NCBI RefSeq assembly: GCF_006345805.1
Contig: NC_043005.1
Coordinates: forward strand, 74,958,001-75,022,000
Reading direction: 5' to 3'
Origin: Octopus sinensis
Taxonomy: Eukaryota
DNA: 64,000 nt
Below the pieces are notes generated by a model. The model was not told the origin of the DNA. It saw only the letters and a list, made by a program, of their open reading frames with translations, and searched no databases. Positions 51,926 through 64,000 of the stretch are shown here, piece by piece. The position numbers were made by a program, and so were the translations under genes. Position 1 is the first letter of the stretch. Every line of letters begins with the position of its first letter.

Positions 51926-52884
51926 TACCTTTATGCAAAAGGTGGAAACATGCGTACCCCAGAATTTGGATGTGTTATGTGAATTTGTTATCAACGCATG
52001 GAATGATATTAAAGCGGAAACGGGCATCAGGTCTCTTAAAAGGAGCAGAATATCTAATTTACTACGTGGTACCGAGGAGGACAAGCTGTGGGAGGATGAG
52101 AGGGAAGCAGAAGTCCAAGCCACTTCACTTGATTCTGAGTTTGATCCTTACGTTGATTCTTTGATAAATGCAACTCACGATGTACTTCAAGAACCTCTGA
52201 TGTCAGATAATGTGCCTTTTGAAGGTTTTCAATATATAATGATTGAAGTAATGATCATTTTTATCAAACTATGCTAATAAAATTAAAATCTTCATTGTTT
52301 AATTTGCTTTTAAAACATTGCGAATTACTATATATTTATTTACTACCCACAAGGGGCTAAACACAGAGGGGACAAACAAGGACGGACAAACGAATTATAT
52401 CGACTCCAATGCGTAACTGGTACTTAATTTATAGACCCCGAAAGGATGAAAGGCAAAGTCGACCTCGGCGGAATTTGAACTTAGAACGGCAGACGAAATA
52501 CGGCTACGCATTTCGCCCGGCGTGCTAACGTTACTGCCATTACTATATTAAATAGATGTGTATACGTATATTTCTGTAATAAACGTATTTAGTATACATG
52601 TCATCTTTACCATCCATATATTAATATCATATATGTACCTAGTGGTGCAGATCAGAAACTGGTATAAACAGTTCGAACACAGTCCTACCAATATTCTCGC
52701 GAAGCAAGACAAAATTTACAGGTTAGAGCGTGTGGGATACCTTCGGAGAGGTCTGCGTCGACGAAGAGAAGGCAGGTGTCTTTACTTCAAATCTCCCGCA
52801 TACACCACAGAGTGTACAAATTAGCAATGTACTTTATAACAACATTTCTAATATATTACAATATAATATTATACATAGCGTAAA

Positions 52885-53185
52885 TCTATAAACATATATA
52901 TAAAGCTGAAGTTGTCTGTGTATGGTAGGTTTGGTAGCCTTCAACTAACACTATCTCCTCGGAGACCCTGCGACGGAAGTTGACCAAAATTGAGAGTATG
53001 ATAGAAGAAGGCTTGCTCTTCATTCCGTAGAAGAAAAGATTCAAATCGGACCATGTTAAAACCAAAAATTATTTACATCAAAAAGGTGCTTTCTTTCTAT
53101 GAAAATCCCTATTTTTTTACGATTTTTTGACTGCCTTGTTGCCATTTTTTGGTGTATTTCAACCAGAAAAATATTCACTTAAATT
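52885..53185 (+). mobile_element. 5' part of a second Helitron-like family
   Basis: A|TCTATAAACATATATATAAAGCTGAAGTTGTCTGTG start parallels the other Helitron 5' ends; no CTAG end found. Confidence 0.45.
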
Positions 53186-53929
53186 TTTATCCTGAAAATC
53201 ACCTGTTACTTTTGTTTTAAAGAGCGAAGAAAGTGAAAGATGTATGAAATGGACGTGTGTGTTCATTTCATATACACGTTCATACATCTTTCACTTTCAC
53301 AGGGAATTTGGTCAAACGTGGGGAAAGCACAGAGTGAGAGAGCAAAAACGAAAAGATATTTGTGGAGAAATGATTTATGGGAGCGGATGAACGTCTAAAT
53401 TTGTTATGGAAAAGAATAAGAATTATATAATGAAAAAGAGAGCGGGGAAGTTTGGTATTAATGAAGCTGGCTTAGGGAATGTCTTTGTGAATTTATGGTG
53501 GGGTAATTTACCGGATCTACTGTAGAATAAACAAGTTAATATATTGTAGCACCCTGTAAATACATTTAAACTGAGTCAAAGCAAAAGAAGATATAGGAGT
53601 AGTAATGAAAGGGTTAACTCTTTCATTACCAACCCAGCTGAAACTGGCTCTGACTCCGAGTATAAATGTCTTGTCTTCATAAGTTTTGAATTAAAATCTT
53701 TCACCAAACCTTAGTCACAATTTATGTTCCTAACACTAGCTTAATGTTAATTAAATTATTTTACTAAATTCTTTGTTATATTTTAAATAATTGAAAGAAA
53801 CACAGAGCATCTCAAAATAAATACAGTAATGAAAGGAGAGAAGGGGAGGGACGTGGACGATAATGTTTTTGGTCAGTAGGGGAATGTAATAGTTCTAGGT
53901 AAGTTGGTAGTTTATCGCTAATTTTAAAA

Positions 53930-54466
53930 CTACACAGGTACAAATTAACATGCGTGCGCATATTTTTTTTTGTGTGCCTGTAGTTGTTGACAATAATCAA
54001 GGACATCATATGTGAGAAGATGGGTCATGAAGTGTCCAGTTGTGATTGACCATGCTTGGAAGGCCCTGCCATGGATTGGGCACTGGTGGGTCTGCTGGGC
54101 ATAAAGACTAGGAGTTGACTCTGAACTTGCGCAGTTCATGTTTTATTTTGTGCTCATGCAATCCTGTTCTGTTTGTAGGTGGTGGCACCACTGATGGTGC
54201 AACTTTACCAGGTAGGGTATTCCTGTGCTTACATTTCATTTCCTTACAAACTTTGTAGATGAGAAATCTAACAACTTTTAAAAATCGAGATATTTCTAAA
54301 TTGCTGTGCTCAGCCTTTATAACCACAATAAAAGCATGCTTCTTCATTTCTTGAGTATGGTGAGGGTCTGCCATTATTATTTTCTGAAACAAAGATTATA
54401 CAGAGTTAGCAAAAAATGCAGCAACGACCCAAAAAAGGTATGTCCTCAAATACCTTACACACCCTG
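53930..54466 (-). mobile_element. Internally deleted Tc1/mariner (maT-like) remnant
   Basis: Minus-strand TA|CAGGGTGTG terminus; HTH-like frame HAFIVVIKAEHSNLEISRFLKV. Confidence 0.5.
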
Positions 54467-55327
54467 TATATATATATATATATATATATACATTTAAATT
54501 CTTTTATTCTTTTACGTGTTTCAATCATTTGATTGTGGCCATGCTAGGGCACTGCCTTGAAGGGTTTAAGTTGAACAAATTGACCCCAGGACTTATTTTT
54601 AAGGCCTAATAATTATTCTATCGGTGTCTTTTACTGAGCCGCTAAGTTACAGAGATGTAAACACACCAACACTGGTTGTCAACCGATGATGAGGGACAAA
54701 CACAGACACAAAGGCACACATACAATATATATATATACATTATATATATATATATATATATGTCTACCAAAGTCGACCTTGGCGCAATTTGAACTCAGAA
54801 TGTAAAGACAGACGAAATACCACCAAGCATTTCGCCCAGCATGCTAATGTTTCTGCCAGCTTGCCACCTTAAATACTCTTTTTTACTCTAGGCACAAGGC
54901 CTGAAATTTTTAGGGAGAGGGCCAGGGGATTAGATCAACCCCAGTTCGCAACTGATATTTGATTTATCGACCCCGAAAGAATGAAAGGCAAAGTCAACCA
55001 TGGCGGAATTTGAACCGAGAATGTAAAAACAGATGAAATACCACCAAGCATTTCACCTGGCGTGCTAATGTTTCTGCCAGCTTGCTGCCTTCTTTATGGT
55101 CTAAGTTAAAATCAAAATGGGTTTGACTGTGTCTATCGATTACTCCAAGATTCTTGCAACTAGAACCAATGGCAAACTGAATTAACTCTTACAAATTTGT
55201 GGTCATACACCAATGCAGTAAATATAAAAATAAAATTATATATATCAAAATGATTTATGAAATCTTTTTGTAACTCTTAATGAATTTTCATGTTAGAATG
55301 AAATAAAATATATTTTCTTCCATAGAA

Positions 55328-55390
55328 TTAGTACTGCCTTTGTTTTCTTTCAATCAATCTGGTACAATTTAACGATTTCTTTTTCCAGAT
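55328..55390 (-). CDS. Candidate terminal exon of the same minus-strand gene (IWKKKSLNCTRLIERKQRQY*)
   Basis: Strong minus-strand acceptor tttttatcctctcAG; phase 0 compatible with the 58710-58754 exon; no homology recognised. Confidence 0.25.
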   Translation of the reverse strand: MWKKKSLNCTRLIERKQRQY

Positions 55391-55745
55391 CTGAGAGGAT
55401 AAAAAGTAACAGGTGGTTTTAAATCAACACTACAATAATCTTGGGGTTTATTTTTTTTTTCAGATATGTTAGATATTTGAATGATTAATTTTTACCTTTT
55501 ACTTGTTTTAGTCATTGGATTGTGGCCATGCTGGGGCACCGCCTTGAAGAGATCAAACAGATCAACCTAAACACTTGTTTCTTTTTTAAAGTTTGGTAAC
55601 TATTCTATTAGTTTCTTTAACTTAACCACCAAGTTATAGGGACGTAAACAAACCAACATTGGCTGTCAAGTGGAGGTGAGGGGAAATCACAAAATCACAA
55701 AGACACATACACAAGTGTATGTATATGTATGTGTGTGTGTATATA

Positions 55746-55777
<32 letters not shown>

Positions 55778-56817
55778 TGTATGTGTATTAGGTCCTGGTA
55801 TCTTAGGTGTAAAGAGAGCAAGTCGCAGCCAGGCCCCCTTGCTTGAGTACTACCAAATACTTTTGTTTAGGCCCTCTAACAACACAGTAGCAGCAGTGCG
55901 GCAGCCTGCTAACGTGCCACTCTCGCCGCTGCTGCCGACTGCGCAATGCCCTGCCGGCACCGGCCTGACATACATGAGAAGCACTAAACCCAAATACTGG
56001 GCTGTCAACACTGTCAAGTTCCAGACCAATGCCGGAACTGTTCAAGCATAAAGAATTCTTGTTTCATGGCAGTCACAGCATGAAATTGGTTTGGCAAAGA
56101 GTAAATTTTATAATCTAAATAATAAGAGGACAAAGAAATTCTTTAACACATCTTTAATGATTCATTATAATTGTTTCTGTATCAGTCTCTGCTACTGAAC
56201 TGCCAAGTTATGGGGTCATAAGCACACAGTACCAGTTGGTGGGTGACAAATGCAGACACACACACATGATGTTGGATGGCCCTTATCCTCATTCAAGCAT
56301 TACTCAGGAGCTAAGCTCTTGGTTTGTGGTTCTTCCACCTTCTTCCCAGGAAGAGCCCTATCTACCCCAATATAAAAATCAGAGTGTTTCTTCTCTTGGT
56401 CAGACTGCTGACCGAGGCTAATGCATTCTGTCCGCCCATTTTTGGATGGTCGTTGACTCTTCTGAGTTCTTCTGCCCTTTGCTGGGTTTTGTTTTCATCC
56501 TGCAGGGTGTCCAAAATCCATTTGCACCTCCTCATCAAGCAAACTTAGTGAGGTTGCCAGTTTAGTTGCCGACAGCCTGACCGTATCACAGTTAATGTGA
56601 CATATTAATGTTGCCTTTTTTTTTTTTTTGGTAAGTGACCTTTATATCTTTTTCCCATTGAAATCATGGACATCATATGAATCGCAATGAAAAAATGTAT
56701 ATATATTGATTTATTATTTATTTATTTTATTTTATTGTTTTTATCATGACTGCGTGTGTACCGTTGGCGATTTTTTTTTTCCTCCGTCTTCTCTTCTCCA
56801 GATCTTTCCTTTTCCTA

Positions 56818-56886
56818 TGTTTCTGACGAAGAGTTTCGCTTGAAATGTAAAACCCTCCTTCTTCCCTTCCTTCTTGAGCGTCCAAT
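56818..56886 (+). ncRNA. Type I hammerhead-ribozyme-like motif in a Penelope-like repeat fragment (about 56560-56945)
   Basis: CTGACGA 56823-56829, stem II gagt/gctt, GAAA 56842-56845, GTC at 56880-56882; stems I and III imperfect. Confidence 0.5.
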
Positions 56887-56949
56887 AATACTATATTTGT
56901 TGTGTTTTCTCTTTGTGTTTTCATGTTTGGATTAACTATATATATATAT

Positions 56950-57290
56950 CTGCCCTTCAAGCTACCCGATATAATTTTCTGCTTCCACCATGTTTCCAAG
57001 CTTGACAGGCCTGTCTCTTTGTTTTTATAGCACTGTTTACCTCCTTGTTCCCCCACCATGTCACCATTGGCCTAGCTGTGACTCTGCACCAACCACAGAT
57101 TTCCTCTGTAGCTCTCAGTAGACTCTCCTGCAGGAACTTCCAATTGTCCTGTAAGCTATATGTCCCCAACTCTTCCATTCTCTCATCAGAAGCTTCCATT
57201 AGAAAATCTCTAAATTTCTGTCTGTTTGCTGGGTCTTTGAACTTTCATATTGGTTTATTTCTCTGAGTCTTTCTAGCTCTAATTCTGAAG
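56950..57290 (-). mobile_element. LINE ORF2 fragment (endonuclease-RT linker)
   Basis: Minus frame WKFLQESLLRATEEICGW...VTWWGNKEVNSAIKTKRQA. Confidence 0.65.
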
Positions 57291-57704
57291 TCCCTAACTA
57301 GTAGCCTATGTTGGGTTTTACAGTCTTCATCTGGGAAAGATGCTAGGATAATATATCCATTTAAACTCATTATATGTATACTCTTTACTCTTTTTACTCT
57401 TTTAGTTGTTTCAGTCATTTGACTGTGGCCATGCTAGAGCACCGCCTTTTAGTTGAGCAAATCAACCCCAAGACTTATTCTTTCGGTCTCTTTTGCAAGC
57501 ATCTGTCTATCTCACTGCCTGGTGCTTATTGTCTGGCATTGGAAATTTGAATCAAATTCAAATTTCTAATGTCTGACGATAAGCATCATCTCACACTTTG
57601 AAATTTCAAGTTGCACAGAATTTGAATCATGTATGTTTTGATCCATACTCCAAATAAATGTACTGATTGTCCTTCTTTCGTTTGTCCACTCACTCATATA
57701 TATA

Positions 57705-58383
57705 GGTCTCACTGAGGAAATGACCAGCGACCGAGACCTTTGGAAATATGCTGTGTGTGAAAAGACCAGGCAGGACAAGTGAGTCCAGCCCACTTATGCA
57801 TGCCTTTCCTCCCTTGGACACACAAAGACCTGTTGAGGCAAGCGAAGTCGATATCGAACCTCATCCGACGACAGGCACCTATGCCTACCCCCCTTTGCTT
57901 GCGAAGACCTGTTGGGGCAAGTGAAATCGAAATCGGAATCGAAATTGAACCAATCCTATGACTGGCATCCGGAAGAAGCCAGCACCCCTGGACTGGAGAT
58001 ACGTAAAAAGCACTATCCGAATCGTGGCTGATGCCAGCGCCGCCTCGACTGACTTCCGTGTCGGTGGCACGTAAAAAGCACCATCTGAATCGTGGCCGAA
58101 GCCAGTGCCGCCTCGACTGGCTTCCGTGCAGGTGGCACGTAAAATGCACCAATCTGACTGTGGCCGATGCCAGCCTCGCCTGGCACCAGTGCAGGTGGCA
58201 TGTAAAAAGCACCCACTACACTCACGGAGTGGTTGGCGTTAGGAAGGGCATCCAGCTGTAGAAACATTGCCAGATGAGACCGGAGCCTGGTGCAGCCTTC
58301 TGGCTTCCCAGATCCCCGGTCGAACCGTCCAACCCATGCTAGCATGGAGAACGGACGTTAAACGATGATGATGATGATGATGA

Positions 58384-58386
<3 letters not shown>
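57705..58386 (+). mobile_element. LINE 3' end: ORF2 C-terminus, 3' UTR with about 60-bp tandem units, (GAT)n tail
   Basis: GLTEEMTSDRDLWKYAVCEKTRQDK* at 57705-57782; related 3' UTR copies 2505-2690, 6660-6825, 15390-15838, 17250-17660(-), 22470-23000, 24450-24987, 30045-30350, 33665-33990(-), 36960-37170(-), 45330-45580. Confidence 0.75.
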
Positions 58387-58419
<33 letters not shown>

Positions 58420-58709
58420 TTACACACACACTCACATGTGCGCGCACACACACACATAGATAAAGAGAACAGGTGTTTTGTTTACATTCATAATTTTATT
58501 CAACATTTATTCACACCATCCTTTTCTGGACCAGAAAAGGTTCAGAAAAAGATGCTGTAAATAACTTTTAAATATAATCATGGATGTGAAAAATCTCCAT
58601 TCTCCTTATCATTATTAATGATAAAACTTACTCTATGGAAATTATGCAGTTCTGAATAGGTCAATCGCATTTACCAAACAAGAAAAATTACCAGAGCCTA
58701 ACAACTTAC

Positions 58710-58754
58710 TGTTAACTCAGGTATCACAAAAGGACCATTGTGGTTAACCAGCAG
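58710..58754 (-). CDS. Candidate 45-nt internal exon of an unidentified minus-strand gene (LLVNHNGPFVIPELT)
   Basis: On the minus strand aatttcAG acceptor and GTAAGT donor; only the phase 0 frame is open; unique, non-repeat sequence. Confidence 0.35.
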
Positions 58755-59114
58755 CTGAAATTGAATTAAGAGGAAATATGGTAAATGCTGGGATAATATA
58801 TCCATTTAAACTCATTATATGTATACTCTTTACTCTTTTTACTCTTTTAGTTGTTTCAGTCATTTGACTGTGGCCATGCTGAAGCACTGCCTTTTAGTTG
58901 AGCAAATCAACCGCAAGACTTATTCTTTGTAAGCCTAGTACTTATTCTATCGGTCTCTTTCATTGAACTACTAAGTTATGGGGACATAAACACACCACCA
59001 TCGTTGTCAAGCAATGTTGGGGGGACAAACACAGACACACAAACATATATACACACACACACACACATACATATACATATATATATGTATATGTATATAT
59101 ATATGTATATGTAT

Positions 59115-59163
<49 letters not shown>

Positions 59164-59334
59164 ACTGGCTTCTTTCAGTTTCCGTTTATGAAATCCACTC
59201 ACAAGACTTTGGTCGGCCCAAGGCTATAGTAGAAGACACTTGCCCAAGATGCCACACAGTGGGACTGAACCTGGAATCATGTGGTTGGTAAGCAAGCTAC
59301 TTACCACACAGCCACTCCTATATATATAATCACC

Positions 59335-60510
59335 TGGATCAGCTAGACTGTCTGGTGCCAAGTCAGCTCCACTGGCCACAATATTCGCTCTGTTCTCTTT
59401 GTGTTCTCAGCAGTCTCCTCCAAGTTGCTCCAAACATTTTTCTTAAGTCATCTTCCTACCTGATTGGAGGTCTTCTGAATGGTCTCTTCCACTCACGCAG
59501 GTACCACTTGGCAACTGCACGAGTCCACTGATCGTCTGTGAACATTGCAACATGATTGGCCCATCGTAGCTTTGCATGGTGGTATTCTGTGACGTCCTTC
59601 ATTCCAGTTCTATCCATGATCTCCTTGTTCTGGATATGGCCTTTAAGTGAGATTCTCTGCTGTGACCTTTCCATGGCTCTCTGCACCATAAGCAAATGTT
59701 GTTCTCTCTTCATCAAGGTCCAAGTCTCACATGCATATAGCATTGTAGGCAAGAGTGTGCTGTTGAAGATATTGGCATGAATTGCCTTGTCAAAGTTTGC
59801 CTTCAGCACATCCTTCACCGAGGTGCTCACTCTTCATCCTACTCTTACCCTTCATGAGATCTCATTCTCCATCTCTCACCTCATAGTTACTTCTTGACCA
59901 AGATACACAGTTTCTCACCTCTTATATTTCATCACCTCTGGCTGCTAGGTGACCGACCAGTATCCTCTCAGACCGTGTGTACTTGGTTTTCATACAGCTG
60001 ATCTTCAGGCCAATCACCAAACCCCTGAAATCCAGTTCATCCAGTATGGTCTGTAGCTGATCAGTGCTCTCTGCTATCAGCTCTATGTTGTCAGTGAGCC
60101 TTAGATGGATGAGCAGCTCTCCATTTATCCTTATGCTTCCATTCCAGTTCATGTCTCATATGACTATCTCAATACATGTCATGAAGAGCTTAGGAGAGAT
60201 GGTGTCTCTACCAGAACATTCATTGGTGAGGATAACAGGGCCACATTCATTGTGCACCCAGTATTCACCTTCCTAGGGAGGGTGATGTACTGCATGATGT
60301 ATACCTTGTTTCCTGAGAGCTCGCAGTACTGCACTGATTTCAACTCTGTTGAAGGCTTTCTCATAATCAACAAGCTCAATGCACAGAGGCAACCAGTACA
60401 CACTTGCTTGTTCCAGAAACTGCGTTAGAGTGAATATATGATCTATAGTGCTGTATTGCTTTCTGAAACCTTACCTGTTCTCTTACAAGCTGTTCATGAA
60501 GATAATTGCT
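59335..60510 (-). mobile_element. Degraded RTE-clade LINE RT fragment
   Basis: Minus frames IHLRLTDNIELIAES, MLYACETWTL, LRWANHVAMFTDDQWT, WYLREWKRP. Confidence 0.85.
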
Positions 60511-60885
60511 GAGCAGTTATCGTAACATCAGGATGAGCAGCAGCCAAGGAATATATATATATATATATACAAAATGGCACTCTGTTGCTTACGATGATGA
60601 GGATCTGATCAATAGAACAGTCTGTTCGTAAAATTAATGTGAAAGTGGCTGAGTAGTCCACAGACATGTATATATATATATATATATATATACATACATC
60701 ACAACTGTCCAACAAATGGGAATGTGAAACTGAGTAACAGTTTTGTGATAATTTTGCAGCTTTAATAAAAATTGTGTGTGTATGTATATATATATATATA
60801 TATCTATATGTATATGTATATATCTGTGTGTGTATGTATACATATATGTATATATATATGTGTGTGTCGGTGTGTGTGTACATAA

Positions 60886-61075
60886 ACGAGGGGGCACCCA
60901 AAAGAATCCGGAATTTTGCAATATTATTTTATTCACTCAGTTTTACTTTTTTATCACCTTCAAAGTATTCTCCATTTGAAACAATGCATCTGTCTAGATG
61001 CATTTTCCACTGTTCAAAGCATTAAAACCACTCGTAAACTTGTGTTTTGCTCATGACAGTGTCCTTGTAAACTGT
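60886..61075 (+). mobile_element. Mariner-type 5' terminal remnant
   Basis: acgagggggcacccaaaagaatccggaa resembles mariner TIRs. Confidence 0.45.
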
Positions 61076-64000
61076 GGTGTTCTCTATAAGGCTGGCAGGG
61101 TAAGTTAAGTTCTTTAACCCTCGGCGACGGAGTAATGAGTCATTGATGAAGATTAATCAAATCTGAAATCAGCACTGATATGACTCATCACAGGGAGCTT
61201 GTCTCCCTTGTCAGTCATTAGAAAAGAGCTCTCACATGGCAAGCAAACTTCTTACTACACTGCCACACCTTCAAGAGATTTAAATGACTGTAAGAAAAAT
61301 TCTAATTGTTGCCCAATAAATTGATTTCTCTATGCAAATTATTCCTGAGATATCTTTTCCGGTTTAACATTGTGTAATATAAAAAACATGTCTAGATAAT
61401 CAACATTTTTTTTTAGTTTCAGCTTAAAACATAATAAACATTGACTTTAAACCTAAAGCTGGACAGGTAAGAAATGCAATTGTTAAGTTATGCAAAAAAA
61501 AAACCAACTTGTTATGACGTGTAGAAGTAAACTAAACTATAAATTGGTGATAATCAGGTAACTTGATTAGATTTTACTGTACTTTGGTTGATCTGGAATA
61601 TTCTATTAAATGTCATCTTATATCATAATTTGTGACTTGTAGAGTCATTGGTTGCAAGTTTTCAATAGGCTAATTAATTGTAGGTATTAATTATAGGCAT
61701 TGATTATCTAGCAGTGAGAGTGACAAGAGGTGTGTCTGTATCTTAGTGCAAAGGTGTCTTTTCAAAGAGCACAGATTACATCCTTTGTCATTCTACTTTG
61801 CCACTCTACATAAATGCAAGACACACATATGCATACACACATGAACACACACATGCACGCACACACACACATGAACACGTACACATGCAAGCACACATAC
61901 ACATGTGAACACATACTCACACACACACTCATACATACACACACACATAAACACATACACATAAATGAACACACACATGCATGCACATACACACATGAAC
62001 ACAAAGACACATACACACACATGAATACACATACACACACACACACTTATATAAATCTGGCATTCCAATTGATCTGATCAACAGAGTAGCCTGCTCATAA
62101 AATCAAAGTACATGTGGCTGAGCACTCCATGGACACATGTACCCTTAAAGTAATTCCCAGTGAGATTCAACATAACACAGAATCTTTTCTACTCTAAGCA
62201 CAAGTCCAGAAATATTGGGGGAGCGGGGCCAGTTGATTAGATCAACCCCAGTATGCAACTGGTACTGAAATTATTGACCCTGAGAGGATAAAAGGCAAAG
62301 TTGACCTCAGCAGAATTTGAACTGAGAATGTAAAGATTGACAAAATATCGCTTTGCATTTTGCCTGGCATGCTAACATTTCTGCCAACTTTCCACCTTTC
62401 AGTGTGACACAGAATGTGACAAGGCTGGCCCTTTGCATTACTGGTACAACTTACTTTCACTTTCATCAACTGAGTGGATTGGAGCAATGAGAAATGAAGT
62501 GTCTTGCTCAAGAACACAACATGCTGCCAGGAATGAAACTCATGACCTTCTGACTGTGAGATGAATAGTCAAATCACTGAGCCATGCACTTTCACTATGT
62601 ATTAAAGAAGACATACATTCTAATACTGTTTACATACTCAATAATAACAAGAGCACAAACCTCTGCCAAGGCAACACCAATGTCCACTCAACGATTAGCC
62701 AGAGAAGATTTTTAAAATGAGAATATCAGAAACAAACTCGACTGCTCTCAAAAGTTAAATAAAAAAACAGGGAAAATAATCCAGAATATTTGTCGGGTAT
62801 TGGCTTGATCCCAAAATCTAATCAGTTCATGCCAGTCACAAGACCAAACATCCCTGGAAGTTTCAACTGAATCCAACCTGTAGTTCTTGAGATATCTTGA
62901 CCACGGACAAACAAACAAACAAACACGACTGGAAACAATACCTCCACCTTCGCTAAGGCAAGGTAATAATTAATAATCCTTTCTACTATAGACAAAAGGC
63001 CTGAAATTTGCAGGGAGGGGTTAAGTCAATTACATCAACTCCAGTACTCAACTGGTACTTAATTTATTGACCCCGAAAGGACGAAAGGCAAAGTGGACCT
63101 CAGTGGAATTTGAACTCAGAATGTAGTGATGGGTGAAATGTTGCAAAGTGTTCCATCCAGTGTGCTAACAATTTAGTGATAATAATAATAATAATGAACT
63201 TATTGAGTACAGTGCCCTGGTGTACCACACCTTATCAGAAAAGGTAGCCAAAAGTGCATGTGCAGTACACAATAATGGGCAAAAAAGATAAGAAAGTGAA
63301 CAGTGAATGAGTCATGAAACAAAAACACTAAAAACAGAACATCAAATATACTGCTGGAGAATTTCAGGAAGTATGGAAGTTTTGAAGGATGTAGTTTCCT
63401 GATAGCTAACAACTGGTGTTTATTCTACGCTTCAGTTTATTCTATCCTTCAGCAGTGGGACAGTACTGTTGTTACCAGAATCAGATTAAGACCCATAGAG
63501 GCCTTAAGCATTTAAAAGATTTCTGTGCCTCCATAAATATGTAATTCCAAAACATAAGCAATAATAAGCCATAAAATATATTTTCATTTTTCAAAATGAA
63601 ATAAAAATAATTGTAAGATGGAAATTAATATTTATTTTTGTATATTTCCACTCTATTTATATTTAAAAAACTTTTTTCCTACTTTTTTTAATTGTAAAGT
63701 CTTTGATTAAATCCTCAAAATTATCTTACATAAGACATCTGCTTCTATACTGATCAGACATAGGACATCTTGAATATTATTTTAGCAAGTTCAAAGTGAT
63801 TTCTGTGGTGCCACCTCTTCCTTTGATGCCCTAAGCGTGTGCTTATTTTGCTTAATTGTTAATCCAGGGCTGGTTGTTACACATAAACTTCCAAAAACTA
63901 TTTGATTTATTTTGGAATTGAAGTGTACGCTACAAATTTACTGTCAAATATTCACACTAATACACTTCAGAAACTCATTCACTGACACAACCTCATTCTC

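Larger units (their letters stand above)
45665..52280 (+). mobile_element. Decayed pogo-family DNA transposon (HTH + CENP-B-type HTH + DDE_1), interrupted by nested insertions
   Basis: TIR-like ctgtatataccggtgtacaggacg at 45665; fragments 46292 (KRRKYETGFKLKVV), 47175 (NMDETP, TTGHEKTRFTV), 51438 (FPAGVFV, VWDMF, QPFDV, NKPFK), 51930-52100 (AWNDIK); stops and frameshifts. Confidence 0.9.

Noticed and set aside
61423-61466. Apparent + strand exon (tttcAG...CAG|GTAAGA)
   Set aside because: Stop codons in all three frames; could only be non-coding and there is no supporting evidence

Overview
AT-rich eukaryotic (animal) genomic DNA packed with microsatellites, SINEs, LINE fragments and DNA transposons. 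The repeat profile suggests an octopus/coleoid cephalopod (inference). One host gene is confidently present: a + strand ferroportin (SLC40A1) with 8 coding exons from ATG 10724 to TAA 34453 (606-617 aa depending on the exon 6 acceptor). It keeps the ferroportin fold motifs, but three of the four vertebrate metal ligands (H43, C326, H507) and several hepcidin contacts are replaced. Its best-looking exon 6 acceptor reads GG instead of AG, and a piggyBac-like element sits 59 bp after the stop. The right half holds a decayed pogo transposase split by nested insertions: a Merlin-like MITE, a Helitron, and an inverted-repeat element carrying a 5'-truncated RTE LINE with a 779-aa open RT frame. Also present are a solo LTR, Penelope-type hammerhead-like motifs, a 550-bp tRNA-headed palindrome, three Helitron copies, TTAA MITEs, mariner remnants, minisatellites and two candidate exons of an unidentified minus-strand gene. 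No rRNA, genuine tRNA or CRISPR array was found. All comparisons to human ferroportin are from recalled sequence and numbering and should be confirmed by alignment.
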